Assembly (NCBI GenBank): GCA_964642475.1 | Contig: CAZXRC010000004.1 | Coordinates: forward strand, 4,604-68,603 | Source: an uncultured Gemmatimonadaceae bacterium | GTDB taxonomy: Bacteria > Gemmatimonadota > Gemmatimonadetes > Gemmatimonadales > GWC2-71-9 | Length of the DNA stretch: 64,000 nucleotides | Reading direction: 5' to 3' | Shown here: positions 46,369 through 56,082 of the stretch, in pieces | How positions within the stretch are numbered: the first letter of the stretch is position 1 | How the letters are laid out: every line of letters begins with the position of its first letter | Translations under genes and position numbers: made by a program | Notes under the pieces: model-generated | Seen by the model: only the letters and a program-made list of their open reading frames with translations | Told to the model about the DNA's origin: nothing | Database searches by the model: none

Positions 46369-47475
46369 ATGACTCGTCCTCTCGCTGTAGCAACCGCGCT
46401 CGCGGCCCTCATCGCCAGTGCCTGCACCGATTCATCCGCACCCATTGCCCAGCCTGACCTCGCCGCCGAAAGGGGTGGGCATGTCGGTCCTCATGGCCCG
46501 ACGTTGACCCCTCAGACCAGTGGCACCACGAGCCGGTTGCAGGCCGTCAGTCCGGTGAACCAGTGGGTGGTCTGGGCCAGCGGCGTGAACGGGACGTACG
46601 CCCGGACTCTGAATGGGGGGGCCACCTGGGAAACGGCGGTGGTTCCAGGGGCGGAGACACTCCAGTTCCGCGACGTGGAAGGGGTCAGCGCCCGGGAGGC
46701 CTACCTGATGGCCGCCGGGCCCGGCGATGCGTCCCGGATCTATAAGACGACTAACGGTGGGCGGACCTGGACCCTGCAGTTTCAGAACCAGGATCCGAAT
46801 GCGTTCTACGACTGCTTTGCGTTCTGGACGCCCGACCGCGGCATCACCTTCAGCGATGCGGTGAACGGTCGCTTCCCGGTGATCCGCACTGTGGACGGCC
46901 GGACCTGGCAGGACATCGGGGACCGTCTTCCGGCGGCGCAGCCCGGCGAGGCGGGCTTCGCGGCGAGTGGAACCTGTACCACGGTGCAGGGGGGGCAGCG
47001 GGCCTGGATCGCGACGGGCGGCGCCGAGAAGGCGCGGGTGCTGGCCACCACCGACGGGGGCCGGAGCTGGAAGGCCTACGGAACCCCGATCATTCAGGGC
47101 ACCCCCAGCTCGGGTGGCTTGAGCGTGGACTTCCGCGACCCGTTCCACGGAATCCTTGGGGGCGGGGAGCTGGCGGCGCCGGACGTCCTCTCCGACAACA
47201 TCGCCCGGAGTCGTGACGGTGGGAGGACCTGGACCCTCGGCACCGGCACACCGTTTCCGGGCGCGGTCTTCGGGCTGAGCTATACCAGGGACAATGGCTC
47301 GCGCACGGTGGTGGCCACCGGGCCCGGCGGAGCGGCTTGGTCGCCGGATGAGGGTGACACCTGGACCCTGTTGCCGGAGACGACCAACTTCTGGGCCGTG
47401 GCGTTCGCCAATCCCCGGGCCGGGTGGCTGGTGGGGACCGAGGGCCGGATCGTGAAGGTGAGCTTCGACCACTGA
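46369..47475 (+). CDS. BNR/Asp-box repeat beta-propeller lipoprotein (Ycf48/sialidase-like fold)
   Basis: Lipoprotein signal MTRPLAVATALAALIASAC. Six SxDxGxTW-type repeats (NGGATWE, NGGRTWT, VDGRTWQ, DGGRSWK, RDGGRTWT, PDEGDTWT). Confidence 0.75.
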   Translation: MTRPLAVATALAALIASACTDSSAPIAQPDLAAERGGHVGPHGPTLTPQTSGTTSRLQAVSPVNQWVVWASGVNGTYARTLNGGATWETAVVPGAETLQFRDVEGVSAREAYLMAAGPGDASRIYKTTNGGRTWTLQFQNQDPNAFYDCFAFWTPDRGITFSDAVNGRFPVIRTVDGRTWQDIGDRLPAAQPGEAGFAASGTCTTVQGGQRAWIATGGAEKARVLATTDGGRSWKAYGTPIIQGTPSSGGLSVDFRDPFHGILGGGELAAPDVLSDNIARSRDGGRTWTLGTGTPFPGAVFGLSYTRDNGSRTVVATGPGGAAWSPDEGDTWTLLPETTNFWAVAFANPRAGWLVGTEGRIVKVSFDH

Positions 47476-47492
47476 GCCTGGGGCGAAACAAC

Positions 47493-47523
47493 GAGTCGGG
47501 AGCCGACCACCGGCTCCCGACTC
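47493..47523. terminator. bidirectional terminator hairpin between convergent genes
   Basis: GAGTCGGGAGCCG-accac-CGGCTCCCGACTC, a perfect 13-bp stem. T-rich runs follow on both strands (TCTATCTT on plus; GTTGTTTCG on minus). Confidence 0.7.
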
Positions 47524-47547
47524 GGGTCTATCTTGGGTGGGACGGCC

Positions 47548-48258
47548 CTAGTTCCTCCGACCGCCGAACAGGCGCAGGAGGAAGAGGAACAGGTTGATGA
47601 AGTCGAGGTAGAGTGCCAACGCGCCCACGATGGCGTAGGACCCGGTGCGTCCGTCGGGCAGCGCGACCGCCATGGCCTTCAGACGCTGGGCATCGTACGC
47701 GGTCAGCGCGGTGAACACGAGGACGCCGCAGACCGAGAGCACGAACTGGAACATGCTGTTCTGCCAGAAGATCCCCACGATCGAAGCGATCACCACCCCG
47801 ATCAGCCCCATGAACGCGAACTGACCTACGCCCGCCAGGCTGCGCCGGGTCATTGTGCCGTAGAGCGCCAGGGCTCCGAACATGGCGGCGGTCGTGAGGA
47901 AGGTGCTGGCGATGGACCCGCCGGTATAGATGAGGAAAATTCCCGAGAGCAGCGCGCCCATGAGGGTCGAATACACCACGAACAGCGTGGCCGCGGTGCT
48001 GGGGGCCAGCTGGTCGACCTTGGCCGAGAGGTACCAGACCATGCCCAGGGTCACAAGGAAGAGCCCCCAGCGGGCGAAGGCGTTGCCGAACAGGAGGCTC
48101 AGCGCCGCCGGGGAGCCCGCCACGGCCATCGAGACGACCGCGGTGATCCCGAGCCCGATGCACATCCAGCCGTAGGTCTTGCTCAGGAAGGTGGAGATCC
48201 GCTCGGCCTGAGCGATCGAAGCGTTGTAACTCTGGGTGGAGCCGACGGGGCTCGACAT
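47548..48258 (-). CDS. Bax inhibitor-1/YccA family membrane protein
   Basis: Seven hydrophobic segments. C-terminal LYLDFINLFLFLLRLFGGRRN is typical of the BI-1 family. Confidence 0.85.
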   Translation of the reverse strand: MSSPVGSTQSYNASIAQAERISTFLSKTYGWMCIGLGITAVVSMAVAGSPAALSLLFGNAFARWGLFLVTLGMVWYLSAKVDQLAPSTAATLFVVYSTLMGALLSGIFLIYTGGSIASTFLTTAAMFGALALYGTMTRRSLAGVGQFAFMGLIGVVIASIVGIFWQNSMFQFVLSVCGVLVFTALTAYDAQRLKAMAVALPDGRTGSYAIVGALALYLDFINLFLFLLRLFGGRRN

Positions 48259-48296
48259 GGGCGACTCTGGGTTGAAGATGCCTGGAATCTAGCCGC

Positions 48297-50684
48297 TCAT
48301 TTCTCCAGAATGTTGAGGGCCCGCCGCCGGGTCACTTCCCGCTCCGTCCCGGTTTCCCTCACCGTCACCTCCAGCAGGTAGGCCCCCGGTTTCAAGTTGG
48401 CGAGCCCGACGCCGCGGGTGACCTGCTGGTAAGGGCCGGTAGCGGCCAGGGTAAACGAGGATTGCACCGCCGGCTTGTCCTGGGGTCTGGCGCCGGCCTT
48501 CCGGACAGAGGTCGTCACCTGGTATTCCTTGCCCAGCCTCAGGCCACCGACTTCGTGGAACAGCTCCACGTCGCCGCCCATGGGGAATGCGTTGAGGGGG
48601 TTCAGGTAGACCTCCTGGCCTTCATACGACCACCGCAATCCACTGGAGCGGAGTCCGAGGACCAGATCCGAGAGGACCAGGGCCGAGCGTGAGGTTGGGA
48701 TCATCACGCTGTCCCGCGCTTCAGCGGTGGCGGCATCGATGCCCGGTGCCGTGACCAGTGCCCTGACCTGGAAGTGTCCTGGCGGGATTGGCATCTCGAG
48801 GAGGCCGGTGATGAACTCCCCTTTCCCAAGCGGGGTGGGGGTCCGGAAAGTCCGGGTCGTGTCGATCTGGCGGACCGTTCCGTGGGCACGATCCAGGGCG
48901 ATCAGGCGGATCTGGATCGAGTAGAGCACCCCCGGCCCGCCATCGGGCCGGAGCCTGGGAGTGAGCCGGACGCCAGGCACCGCGAAGACGGCGAGCACGC
49001 GGGGCGATTCGCTTTCGGCAAACCCGACGCCATAGGCCTGGAGCGTGGCGCCGAGGTCTTCCTTGTACCGGAGAGGGAAGCCATCGGTGGTCACACCAAC
49101 CGCGATGGCCTCGCGGCCACGGGCGATCTCCCGGTAGGCGACCTCGGGATGGAACGGGCTTACATGTACGCTTCTGGCTTGCTTGGAGTCGAGGAGGGCG
49201 CTGAGGGCGACACTGGTCGCTGCTGAACCGGTGCGGGCGCCACTAGGTCCTGAGGTATCGATGCCTGCGAGCAGTAGCTCTGTGCGCATCTGGCTGATTC
49301 GGTTCTGCAGATCGGCGGCGATGGCACTGTACCGTGCGTCGAGTCCGCCACGAGAATCGAGCATGCGCGCGGTGAGGGGCAGGGCGGCGACGAGTGTCGT
49401 GGCGGCCGCGGTCCCCAACGCCCGGCTTCCGAGGAAGTGGAAGATGCGCGAGCCCTCAGGCATGTCGTACTGCCACGACTCATTGGGTGGGCCGGACGGG
49501 TCGATCGCGACCCGCGTCGGAGGTCCGTGTCGCAGGTAAATCACCCCGCGGTCGTCGACTTCCCACTGGGCGCGCCGATACGCCTTGAAGTTCGGGGTGG
49601 AGACGTTCAGGTCGTTGAGCACCAGTGCTTCCACTACCCGGAAGTTCTCCCCCGAGTTGGTCTGCTCAGCAAGGGTCATCCCCTCCGCATGAATCGGTGC
49701 GTCATCGGGCCGATGGATCAGGTAGTGCTGGTGCACAAATACCCAGCGGCGCAGATGCTCCGCCAGTCGTTCGTTTGGGCGCCTCACGGCGAGCGCATCG
49801 CGCTCCCGCCAGAAGCTGGCGATCCACCTCTTCAAGGCCGGGAGAGGGAGGCTGTCGAAGGCAACCAGCTCACTGTCCGCTGCAACCCAGGCAAGGTCAG
49901 CCCGGAACTCTGACCGTCCATCGCTCTCCATCGCTTCGACGCCCTGCAGGTATTCGCGGACTGCCTCCGTGGTCTGGCCGAGCGCCGAGAAGGCGCGGGC
50001 CCGTTCCAGGCCCGCCGTTCCCTTGTCGCCGCCCCGATGCTCGAAGTCCGCGATCTGTTCCAGTGCAGCCTGATAATGCCCGGCTCCGAACTCGAGGCGA
50101 AACCGTGCTAGCGAGACGACGGCCGGTGCTCCATCGGCGCCCAAGGCCCGAAGCATCGGCTCGGCGAAATCCTGCTCCAGCCGGCGGTGTCCCTGGGCGG
50201 CGATGAGGCTTCCCAGTGCGGCGCTGGCCGTCACGAAGCTCGAATCGGCCCGGATCGCCCTGGCAAACGCGTCCATGGCCGCCCGACGATACGAGATTCC
50301 CGCACCATGATACGGCGTCGCCTTCACCACGAACCGGCGCTCCGACATCGCCAGCCGGATCAGGCCCAGTGCATACCAGGCGTAGGGCCATTCGGAGTGA
50401 TGGTCCAGGGCACGTTCGACCCGGCGCAGCGCTTCGTCATAGGACCCACGGCTGGGTTCGACCTTACCCCTGGCGAGGAGGGCCATGCCTTCGCGCAGCC
50501 ACTGGATGTCCCGGTCGGAAGCCTTGCCTGGCAACGCCAGGAGCGAATCGGCGTAGACCGGTCGCTCGAGGCTGTCCCGAAGCCAATCCAGGGCGGCGCG
50601 ATCGCGCGCAGCCTGAGACGCGGCGGGTGGAGGGAACAACTGGGTCGAGGCGACGATGAGGCAGACGCGAACGGAAGCGCGCAC
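48297..50684 (-). CDS. TPR-like + GWxTD domain protein, paralog 1
   Basis: GTG start 50684 with GGAGG upstream and a signal peptide. FWRERD...HLRRWVFVHQHYL...AQWEVDDRGVIYLRHGPP...PNESWQYD is a GWxTD-type core. The C-terminal 59 aa are identical to those of paralog 2. Confidence 0.75.
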   Translation of the reverse strand: MRASVRVCLIVASTQLFPPPAASQAARDRAALDWLRDSLERPVYADSLLALPGKASDRDIQWLREGMALLARGKVEPSRGSYDEALRRVERALDHHSEWPYAWYALGLIRLAMSERRFVVKATPYHGAGISYRRAAMDAFARAIRADSSFVTASAALGSLIAAQGHRRLEQDFAEPMLRALGADGAPAVVSLARFRLEFGAGHYQAALEQIADFEHRGGDKGTAGLERARAFSALGQTTEAVREYLQGVEAMESDGRSEFRADLAWVAADSELVAFDSLPLPALKRWIASFWRERDALAVRRPNERLAEHLRRWVFVHQHYLIHRPDDAPIHAEGMTLAEQTNSGENFRVVEALVLNDLNVSTPNFKAYRRAQWEVDDRGVIYLRHGPPTRVAIDPSGPPNESWQYDMPEGSRIFHFLGSRALGTAAATTLVAALPLTARMLDSRGGLDARYSAIAADLQNRISQMRTELLLAGIDTSGPSGARTGSAATSVALSALLDSKQARSVHVSPFHPEVAYREIARGREAIAVGVTTDGFPLRYKEDLGATLQAYGVGFAESESPRVLAVFAVPGVRLTPRLRPDGGPGVLYSIQIRLIALDRAHGTVRQIDTTRTFRTPTPLGKGEFITGLLEMPIPPGHFQVRALVTAPGIDAATAEARDSVMIPTSRSALVLSDLVLGLRSSGLRWSYEGQEVYLNPLNAFPMGGDVELFHEVGGLRLGKEYQVTTSVRKAGARPQDKPAVQSSFTLAATGPYQQVTRGVGLANLKPGAYLLEVTVRETGTEREVTRRRALNILEK

Positions 50685-50763
50685 ATCCCCTCCAGCGTCA
50701 GTGTCAGGGGCACTGGAGGGGACGTCGCGCGATTGGCCCGGGACACACCGGCGAGATTTCCGG

Positions 50764-53115
50764 CTATTTCTCCAGAATGTTGAGGGCCCGCCGTCGGGTC
50801 ACTTCCCGCTCCGTCCCGGTTTCCCTCACCGTCACCTCCAGCAGGTAGGCCCCCGGTTTCAAGTTGGCGAGCCCGACGCCGCGGGTGACCTGCTGGTAAG
50901 GGCCGGTAGCGGCCAGGGTAAACGAGGATTGCACCGCCGGCTTGTCCCTGCGATCCGCCTCGGCCCTTCGGACCGACATGGTCACCTGGTAGGAGGCGCC
51001 GTCGCTGAGCCCGCCGAGCTCATAGAACAGATCGGCATCCGAGCCCCTGGGGTAGGCGTTGAGGGGATTGAGCGGGACCTTGGTGCCGGCGTAGCTCCAG
51101 CTCACTCCGCTCTCGGTCCGGCCCAGGATCAGGTCGGAGATGACCAGGGCTTTGGGTGATGCCGGAATCGCCACGCTGTCACGCCCGGCGCCGGTGGCGG
51201 CATCGACACCCGGGGCCGTAACCAGGCTTCTGATCTGGTAGGTGCCGGGCGGCACCGCCATCTCCAGGAGTCCGGTGAGGTGCTGTTCGCCGGTGAGTGG
51301 CTCCCGGGTCAGGAACGTGCGGGTGGTGTCGAGCTGCCGGATGATGCCGTGCTCGCGGTCCATCGCGATGAGCCGGATGGAAATCGGGTACAACACCCCG
51401 GGCCCGCCGTCGGTCCGCTGCTTGGGCACGAGATTGCGGCCCGGGACGGCAAAGACCGCCAGGATCCGGTGGGTCTCGCCCTCGTCGAACCCGACCCCGT
51501 ACACCTGGACCACCGCATCGAGCGGCTTCTTGAATACCTGGGGGAACCCGTCGCTCGTGACGCCGGCGGCGATGGCCTTCTGGTTCCGATTCACTTCCCG
51601 CTGCAGGACCGCGGCGCTGAGTCGCCCGCCACCGGTGGCGTCCTTGTCCATCCCCAACGCGCCGACCATCTGCTCCGGCGGCCGGAGGATCCGCCCCTTG
51701 CGCAAGTTGAGTTCGCTGGCCTGCGCCCGGTAATTCTGGATCCTGGCCGCGAGCCCGGCGTAGCGGCTGTCGAGCGAAGCACGTGAGTCCAGCAGCTCGG
51801 GCGTGAGGGGAAGCGCCGCTACCAGCGTGGTCGCCGCAGTGGTCCCCAGGGTCCGGCTACCGAGGAAATGGAAGATCCTCCGACCTTCGGGGAGGTCGTA
51901 GGCCCAGGACTCATTGGGTGGTCCGGTGGGACTGCTGACCTTCTGCACCGGCTCGCCGTGCCGGAGGTAGATGACGCCCCGGTCGTCGATTTCCCATTGG
52001 GTCCGGACATAGGACTTTAGGCGGGGGGGACCCAGCGCCACTTCCACGAGCACGTCGTCGGTGTAGGGCTGTTCGAAGAGGTCGTTGAAATCGGAGTCGT
52101 TCAGGCCTTCGCTGTGGATGGGCGCGTCGTCCGGCCGGTGAATCAGGAAGTTCTGGTGGACGAAGACCCAGCGGCGCAGGTGTTCTCGGAGCCGGTCGTT
52201 TTCGGCCCGCAGGGTCAGGGCATCGCGTTCGCGCCAGAAGCGGGTCACCCAGGCGGCCACCTTCTCGGATGGCAGGCTGTCGAACTGGGCCATTTCCCAC
52301 TCGGCGGCGACCCAGGCCAGGTCGGCCCGATACCCGGCGCGTCCATCCTCTCCCATGCTCGCGAGGCCGTCGAAGTAGGCGGCAATTCCCTCGTCGAGGC
52401 GCCCCAGCGCCGTCAGCGTGCGGGCCTGCTCCACCCGCGCCATGCCGCTGTCGCCACCGCCGCGGAGGTAGGCGCCCAAGTCGGTGACCGCCCCTTCGTA
52501 GTTCCGGGCCCCGAAATCCAGCCGGTAGATGGCGAGCCACACCTCGGCAGGCATGCCGGGAGACCTGGCGGCCTTCTGGAGCGGAGGCAGGAAATCGGGG
52601 GAGAGAAGCCGATGTCCCATCGCGATGACCAGCCCCGCCAATGCCTCGGCGCCAGGCACGAAGCTCGGATCGGTCTCGATGGCGCGCCCGAAGGCGTCCA
52701 TCGCGCCACGGCGATAGGAAATGCCCTGGCCCAGATAGCGGGTTTCCTTCACGACCACCGCCCGGCGCGACTCGGTGACCCGCAGAAGGCCCAGGGCGTA
52801 CCAGGGGTAGGGCCAGTCGTCTTCTTTGTAGACCGCTTCCTCGAGCGTCCGGGTGGCTTCGTCGAAGTCGCCGCGGTTGCCGGTCAGCTCGGCGCGGCGG
52901 AGATCGATGAGCCCGGCCCGGACAAGCTCCACGGCGCCGCTAGCCTTGCCGCTGTCGAGCCGGCTCAGATCCTCCGCGGTGCGGGCGCGGGAAAGCGTAT
53001 CCCGAAAGGCCTCCAGCGCGGCACGATCGGCGGCCCCCTGGGCGGAGAGGGGTCGAATCGCGGCAACCAGGAGGGCACACAGGAGCGTCGAACCAGCCGG
53101 AACGGCAAGTCGCAC
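50764..53115 (-). CDS. TPR-like + GWxTD domain protein, paralog 2
   Basis: Probable GTG 53115 (AGGAG 7 nt upstream) gives the signal VRLAVPAGSTLLCALLVAAIRPLSAQ. Core TQWEIDDRGVIYLRHGEP...PNESWAYD. The track ORF extends to 53190. Confidence 0.75.
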   Translation of the reverse strand: MRLAVPAGSTLLCALLVAAIRPLSAQGAADRAALEAFRDTLSRARTAEDLSRLDSGKASGAVELVRAGLIDLRRAELTGNRGDFDEATRTLEEAVYKEDDWPYPWYALGLLRVTESRRAVVVKETRYLGQGISYRRGAMDAFGRAIETDPSFVPGAEALAGLVIAMGHRLLSPDFLPPLQKAARSPGMPAEVWLAIYRLDFGARNYEGAVTDLGAYLRGGGDSGMARVEQARTLTALGRLDEGIAAYFDGLASMGEDGRAGYRADLAWVAAEWEMAQFDSLPSEKVAAWVTRFWRERDALTLRAENDRLREHLRRWVFVHQNFLIHRPDDAPIHSEGLNDSDFNDLFEQPYTDDVLVEVALGPPRLKSYVRTQWEIDDRGVIYLRHGEPVQKVSSPTGPPNESWAYDLPEGRRIFHFLGSRTLGTTAATTLVAALPLTPELLDSRASLDSRYAGLAARIQNYRAQASELNLRKGRILRPPEQMVGALGMDKDATGGGRLSAAVLQREVNRNQKAIAAGVTSDGFPQVFKKPLDAVVQVYGVGFDEGETHRILAVFAVPGRNLVPKQRTDGGPGVLYPISIRLIAMDREHGIIRQLDTTRTFLTREPLTGEQHLTGLLEMAVPPGTYQIRSLVTAPGVDAATGAGRDSVAIPASPKALVISDLILGRTESGVSWSYAGTKVPLNPLNAYPRGSDADLFYELGGLSDGASYQVTMSVRRAEADRRDKPAVQSSFTLAATGPYQQVTRGVGLANLKPGAYLLEVTVRETGTEREVTRRRALNILEK

Positions 53116-53311
53116 CTTCGGACTCCTCAGCTGTTGGTCTGGCGTAGTGGTACGGCCGCAAGGCAGGAACGGATCTAACGACCCGACCATAAAGACGACC
53201 AGGGCGGGGAATGCTGCACCTGCAGGATCGTTCGGGCAGGCCGCCTCAAGAGGATGGGGAGTCTCATATCAGGGAAGGGTGGTCCTCTCCGCTCACTCCC
53301 CAACTCTCATC

Positions 53312-55093
53312 CTACCAGTCCCGATTGGCGCTGCCACCCTTCTGCTGGCGGCGACCCTCATGGGTGTTGAGCTGCTGGCGCTCGACCTCCTCAAGCATGG
53401 CGCGTGCCTGCTGCTCGTCCAGCTCCTCGACCGATTCACCCTCATCTCCGCCCTGTCCCCCGCCCGCCATGGCGCCAACCGCGGTCTGTCGGTTGGCGTC
53501 GTACCCTTCTTCGCGGCTGTTCCCGCGGCCGTAGTCGGCCCGGCCGCCCTGACCCCGGGAGCCGCGTTCGTCGGTGTCGCCGCGGCGGCGGAGCGCCACC
53601 TCGAGATTCCACTTGGCATCGCGATCCGCCGGGTTGAGCCGGAGGGCCTCTTCATAGGCCTCCACGGCCCGGTCGAGATACCGACTGAGGGCGTTGGCAT
53701 CCTGCGCCGCCCGGACGTAGGCGTTGCCCATGTTGTAGAACGCGTCCTCCTTTTGGGCCGGAGCGGCGTTGAGCGCCTCCCGCCAGGTCTTGGCGGCCTC
53801 GGTGTACTGACGGAGCCGGTAGAGTGTGTTGCCGGTGTTGTAGCGCACCTCGGGGCCGCCCTCCTGCCGCAGCACCCTCTGGTACGCTTCGTAGGCCTCG
53901 AGGTACTTGCCGGACTCGTAGAGTTGCTGGCCCTTCACGAGATCGGCGCGGCCGCCGTCGTTGCAGCTCAGGCCGGCGAGGGTGGCAAGCAGCAGAATAG
54001 TCAGGTTCCGAGTTCCGAGTTGCGGGTTCCGCGTCAGTGGTGGCCGGCCGGCGAGGGCGGTCGCTGCCCACGCGCTACGGGTCACTCGGAACTCGGAACT
54101 CGGAACTCGGAACCAGAGCTCAACCAGCAGGCACACCACCGCAACGAGGAGCGGCCACTGGTACCGTTCGTTCGGTTCGGTGTTTTCCTGGCTGTGCAGG
54201 ATCCGGCTCTCCAGGTTGGAGATCGCGCGGGTCATCTCGTCGAGACCGCGGGGGTCGTTCCAGCGGGCGTAGGCCCCGTTGGAGACCCGGGCCAGCTGCT
54301 GGAGATCGGCCTCCGCCAGGCGCGAGATCACCGGCCGCCCGATGTTGTCGAGGTGCCAGGGGCCTTCCGCGGCCCCGGAGTCGTTGGGCACCTGGGCCCC
54401 CTCGAGCGCGCCGATGCCGATCGCGAAGATGGGGATGTGGGCCCGGCGATAGAGGTCGAAGATCGGGTCAAGGGCCCCTTCCGATCGCTCTCCGTCGGTC
54501 AGGAGAATCACGCCCCGTGACCCGATCAGGGTTCGCTCCTTGCGGAGCGCTCGCTCCGACACTCGGAGTGCCGAGGCCAGGTTGGTCGAGGGATCGGCGA
54601 TATCGTCGGGGGTGGCCGCCTCGAGGAAACGCTGCAGCGTTCCCAGGTCGCTGGTCGGCGGCAGCTGCAGGAACGCGGCTCCGGCGAAGATCACCATGCC
54701 GACCCGGTCGCCGGGGTGGGTCCCGGCCAGCTGCCACGCCAGCCGTTTGGCGAGGTCGAGCCGGGCCATCCCCACATCCGCCGCCTTCATCGAGCGCGAC
54801 AGGTCGAGCGCCACGATCAGGTCGCGGCCGGTCTTCGGCAGCTCGGCCGGGTGCCGTCCGACCTGGGGGCGGGCCAGGGCGATCACTGCGGCGGCGAGCC
54901 CGGTCCAGCGAAGCAGTCCCCGGCGGCGATCGGGGGTGAGCGGCGGCAGGATCGAGCTCTTGGCCAGGATGGTCCGGTCGCCGAAGCGCGCCAGCGCATC
55001 GTCGTGATCCCGCCGGGCCTGGCGAATGATCATCCAGAGCGCCGGCAGGACTGCCAGGAGGATCAGTGCGGTCGGAGTGACAAAGAGGCTCAT
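53312..55093 (-). CDS. vWA-domain protein (BatB-like) continuous in-frame with a TPR protein (BatC-like)
   Basis: MIDAS LIVALDLSRSM; TM WPLLVAVVCLLVELW; then a 35-aa linker encoded by the hairpin repeat; then a lipoprotein-like LTILLLATLAGLSC, TPR repeats and a Gly/Arg/Glu-rich tail. No in-frame stop between the two parts. Confidence 0.7.
   Translation of the reverse strand: MSLFVTPTALILLAVLPALWMIIRQARRDHDDALARFGDRTILAKSSILPPLTPDRRRGLLRWTGLAAAVIALARPQVGRHPAELPKTGRDLIVALDLSRSMKAADVGMARLDLAKRLAWQLAGTHPGDRVGMVIFAGAAFLQLPPTSDLGTLQRFLEAATPDDIADPSTNLASALRVSERALRKERTLIGSRGVILLTDGERSEGALDPIFDLYRRAHIPIFAIGIGALEGAQVPNDSGAAEGPWHLDNIGRPVISRLAEADLQQLARVSNGAYARWNDPRGLDEMTRAISNLESRILHSQENTEPNERYQWPLLVAVVCLLVELWFRVPSSEFRVTRSAWAATALAGRPPLTRNPQLGTRNLTILLLATLAGLSCNDGGRADLVKGQQLYESGKYLEAYEAYQRVLRQEGGPEVRYNTGNTLYRLRQYTEAAKTWREALNAAPAQKEDAFYNMGNAYVRAAQDANALSRYLDRAVEAYEEALRLNPADRDAKWNLEVALRRRGDTDERGSRGQGGRADYGRGNSREEGYDANRQTAVGAMAGGGQGGDEGESVEELDEQQARAMLEEVERQQLNTHEGRRQQKGGSANRDW
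54004..54114. repeat. inverted arrays of heptamers (GTTCCGA)n ... (TCGGAAC)n inside the BatB/BatC ORF
   Basis: Left arm 54005-54032: GTTCCGA GTTCCGA GTTGCGG GTTCCGC. A 53-nt spacer follows. Right arm 54086-54113: four perfect TCGGAAC units. Confidence 0.85.
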
Positions 55094-56082
55094 GGCAGCA
55101 TCCTGAGCCAGGTGGCCCGGAGGAGCATCTGGAGCAGGAGCAAGGCGAGACCGAGCCCCACCAGGCCGGGGAAGAGCTCATGGTACTGCCGAGTCTCGCT
55201 CACCGTCACTTCGATCCGCTCGAGTGGATCGATCTCCTTGAGGATCCGGTCGAGGCCCTCGGGGTCGTTCGCCTTGTAGAACTGCCCGCCGCTGCGGGCG
55301 GCGATGTCCTTGAGCGCCGCCTCGTCCCGGCCCGAGAGCCGGCTCGCCAGGTTGCGTACGCTCCACACCCCATTGAGCGCCACCTGGCTGGTATCGCCGT
55401 TCGAGAGCCCGATGGCGTGGATTCGGATGCCGAGCGACTTGGCCGCCTCCGCCGCCTCGGTGGGGGTGGGACGCCCGGTGTTGTTGGCCCCATCGGTGAT
55501 CAGCACGATGGTGCAGGCGTTCCGCGGAAGATTCTTGAGCTGGTTGAGGCTGAGCGCGAGGGCGGTGCCGATGGCCGTGCCGTCGGGCAGTGTGCCGATA
55601 TCGACCGTCTCCACCATCCGGTCGAGCACATCCAGATCGGTGGTGAGCGGCGCCTGCAGGAACGCCCGGCCGGCGAAGATCACCATGCCGATGAGGTCGC
55701 CGTTGCGCCGCTTGATGAACTCCCGGAGGACTTTGCGCGCGACCTCGAGCCGGTTGCCCGGCTGGAAGTCGGTGGCCTTCATGCTGCTCGAGATGTCGAG
55801 CACGATCATGATATTGCGCGACCGGACCCGGGTGGGCTCCGCCTCCCCCGCCACCTGGGGCCGGGCCAGCGCGATTACGAGGAGAACCAGCGCCACCAGT
55901 CCCAGGAGCGCCGGCAGCCGGTGCCAGGGGCTCCGCGGGCCCCGCCTGAGCCCCTGGAGGAACTGCATCCCGCTGAAGGCCACGTGGTGCTCCGGCGGCC
56001 GCCGGCGGCGCTGCCATTCCCGCCAGGCCAGCCAGAGCGGCCCCAGCAGGAGCAGAAGAAAGGCCGGATCAGCGAACCGCAC
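55090..56082 (-). CDS. vWA-domain membrane protein (BatA-like)
   Basis: N-terminal TMs, MIDAS IMIVLDISSSM, C-terminal TM. ATGA overlap with the downstream gene. Confidence 0.85.
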   Translation of the reverse strand: MRFADPAFLLLLLGPLWLAWREWQRRRRPPEHHVAFSGMQFLQGLRRGPRSPWHRLPALLGLVALVLLVIALARPQVAGEAEPTRVRSRNIMIVLDISSSMKATDFQPGNRLEVARKVLREFIKRRNGDLIGMVIFAGRAFLQAPLTTDLDVLDRMVETVDIGTLPDGTAIGTALALSLNQLKNLPRNACTIVLITDGANNTGRPTPTEAAEAAKSLGIRIHAIGLSNGDTSQVALNGVWSVRNLASRLSGRDEAALKDIAARSGGQFYKANDPEGLDRILKEIDPLERIEVTVSETRQYHELFPGLVGLGLALLLLQMLLRATWLRMLP

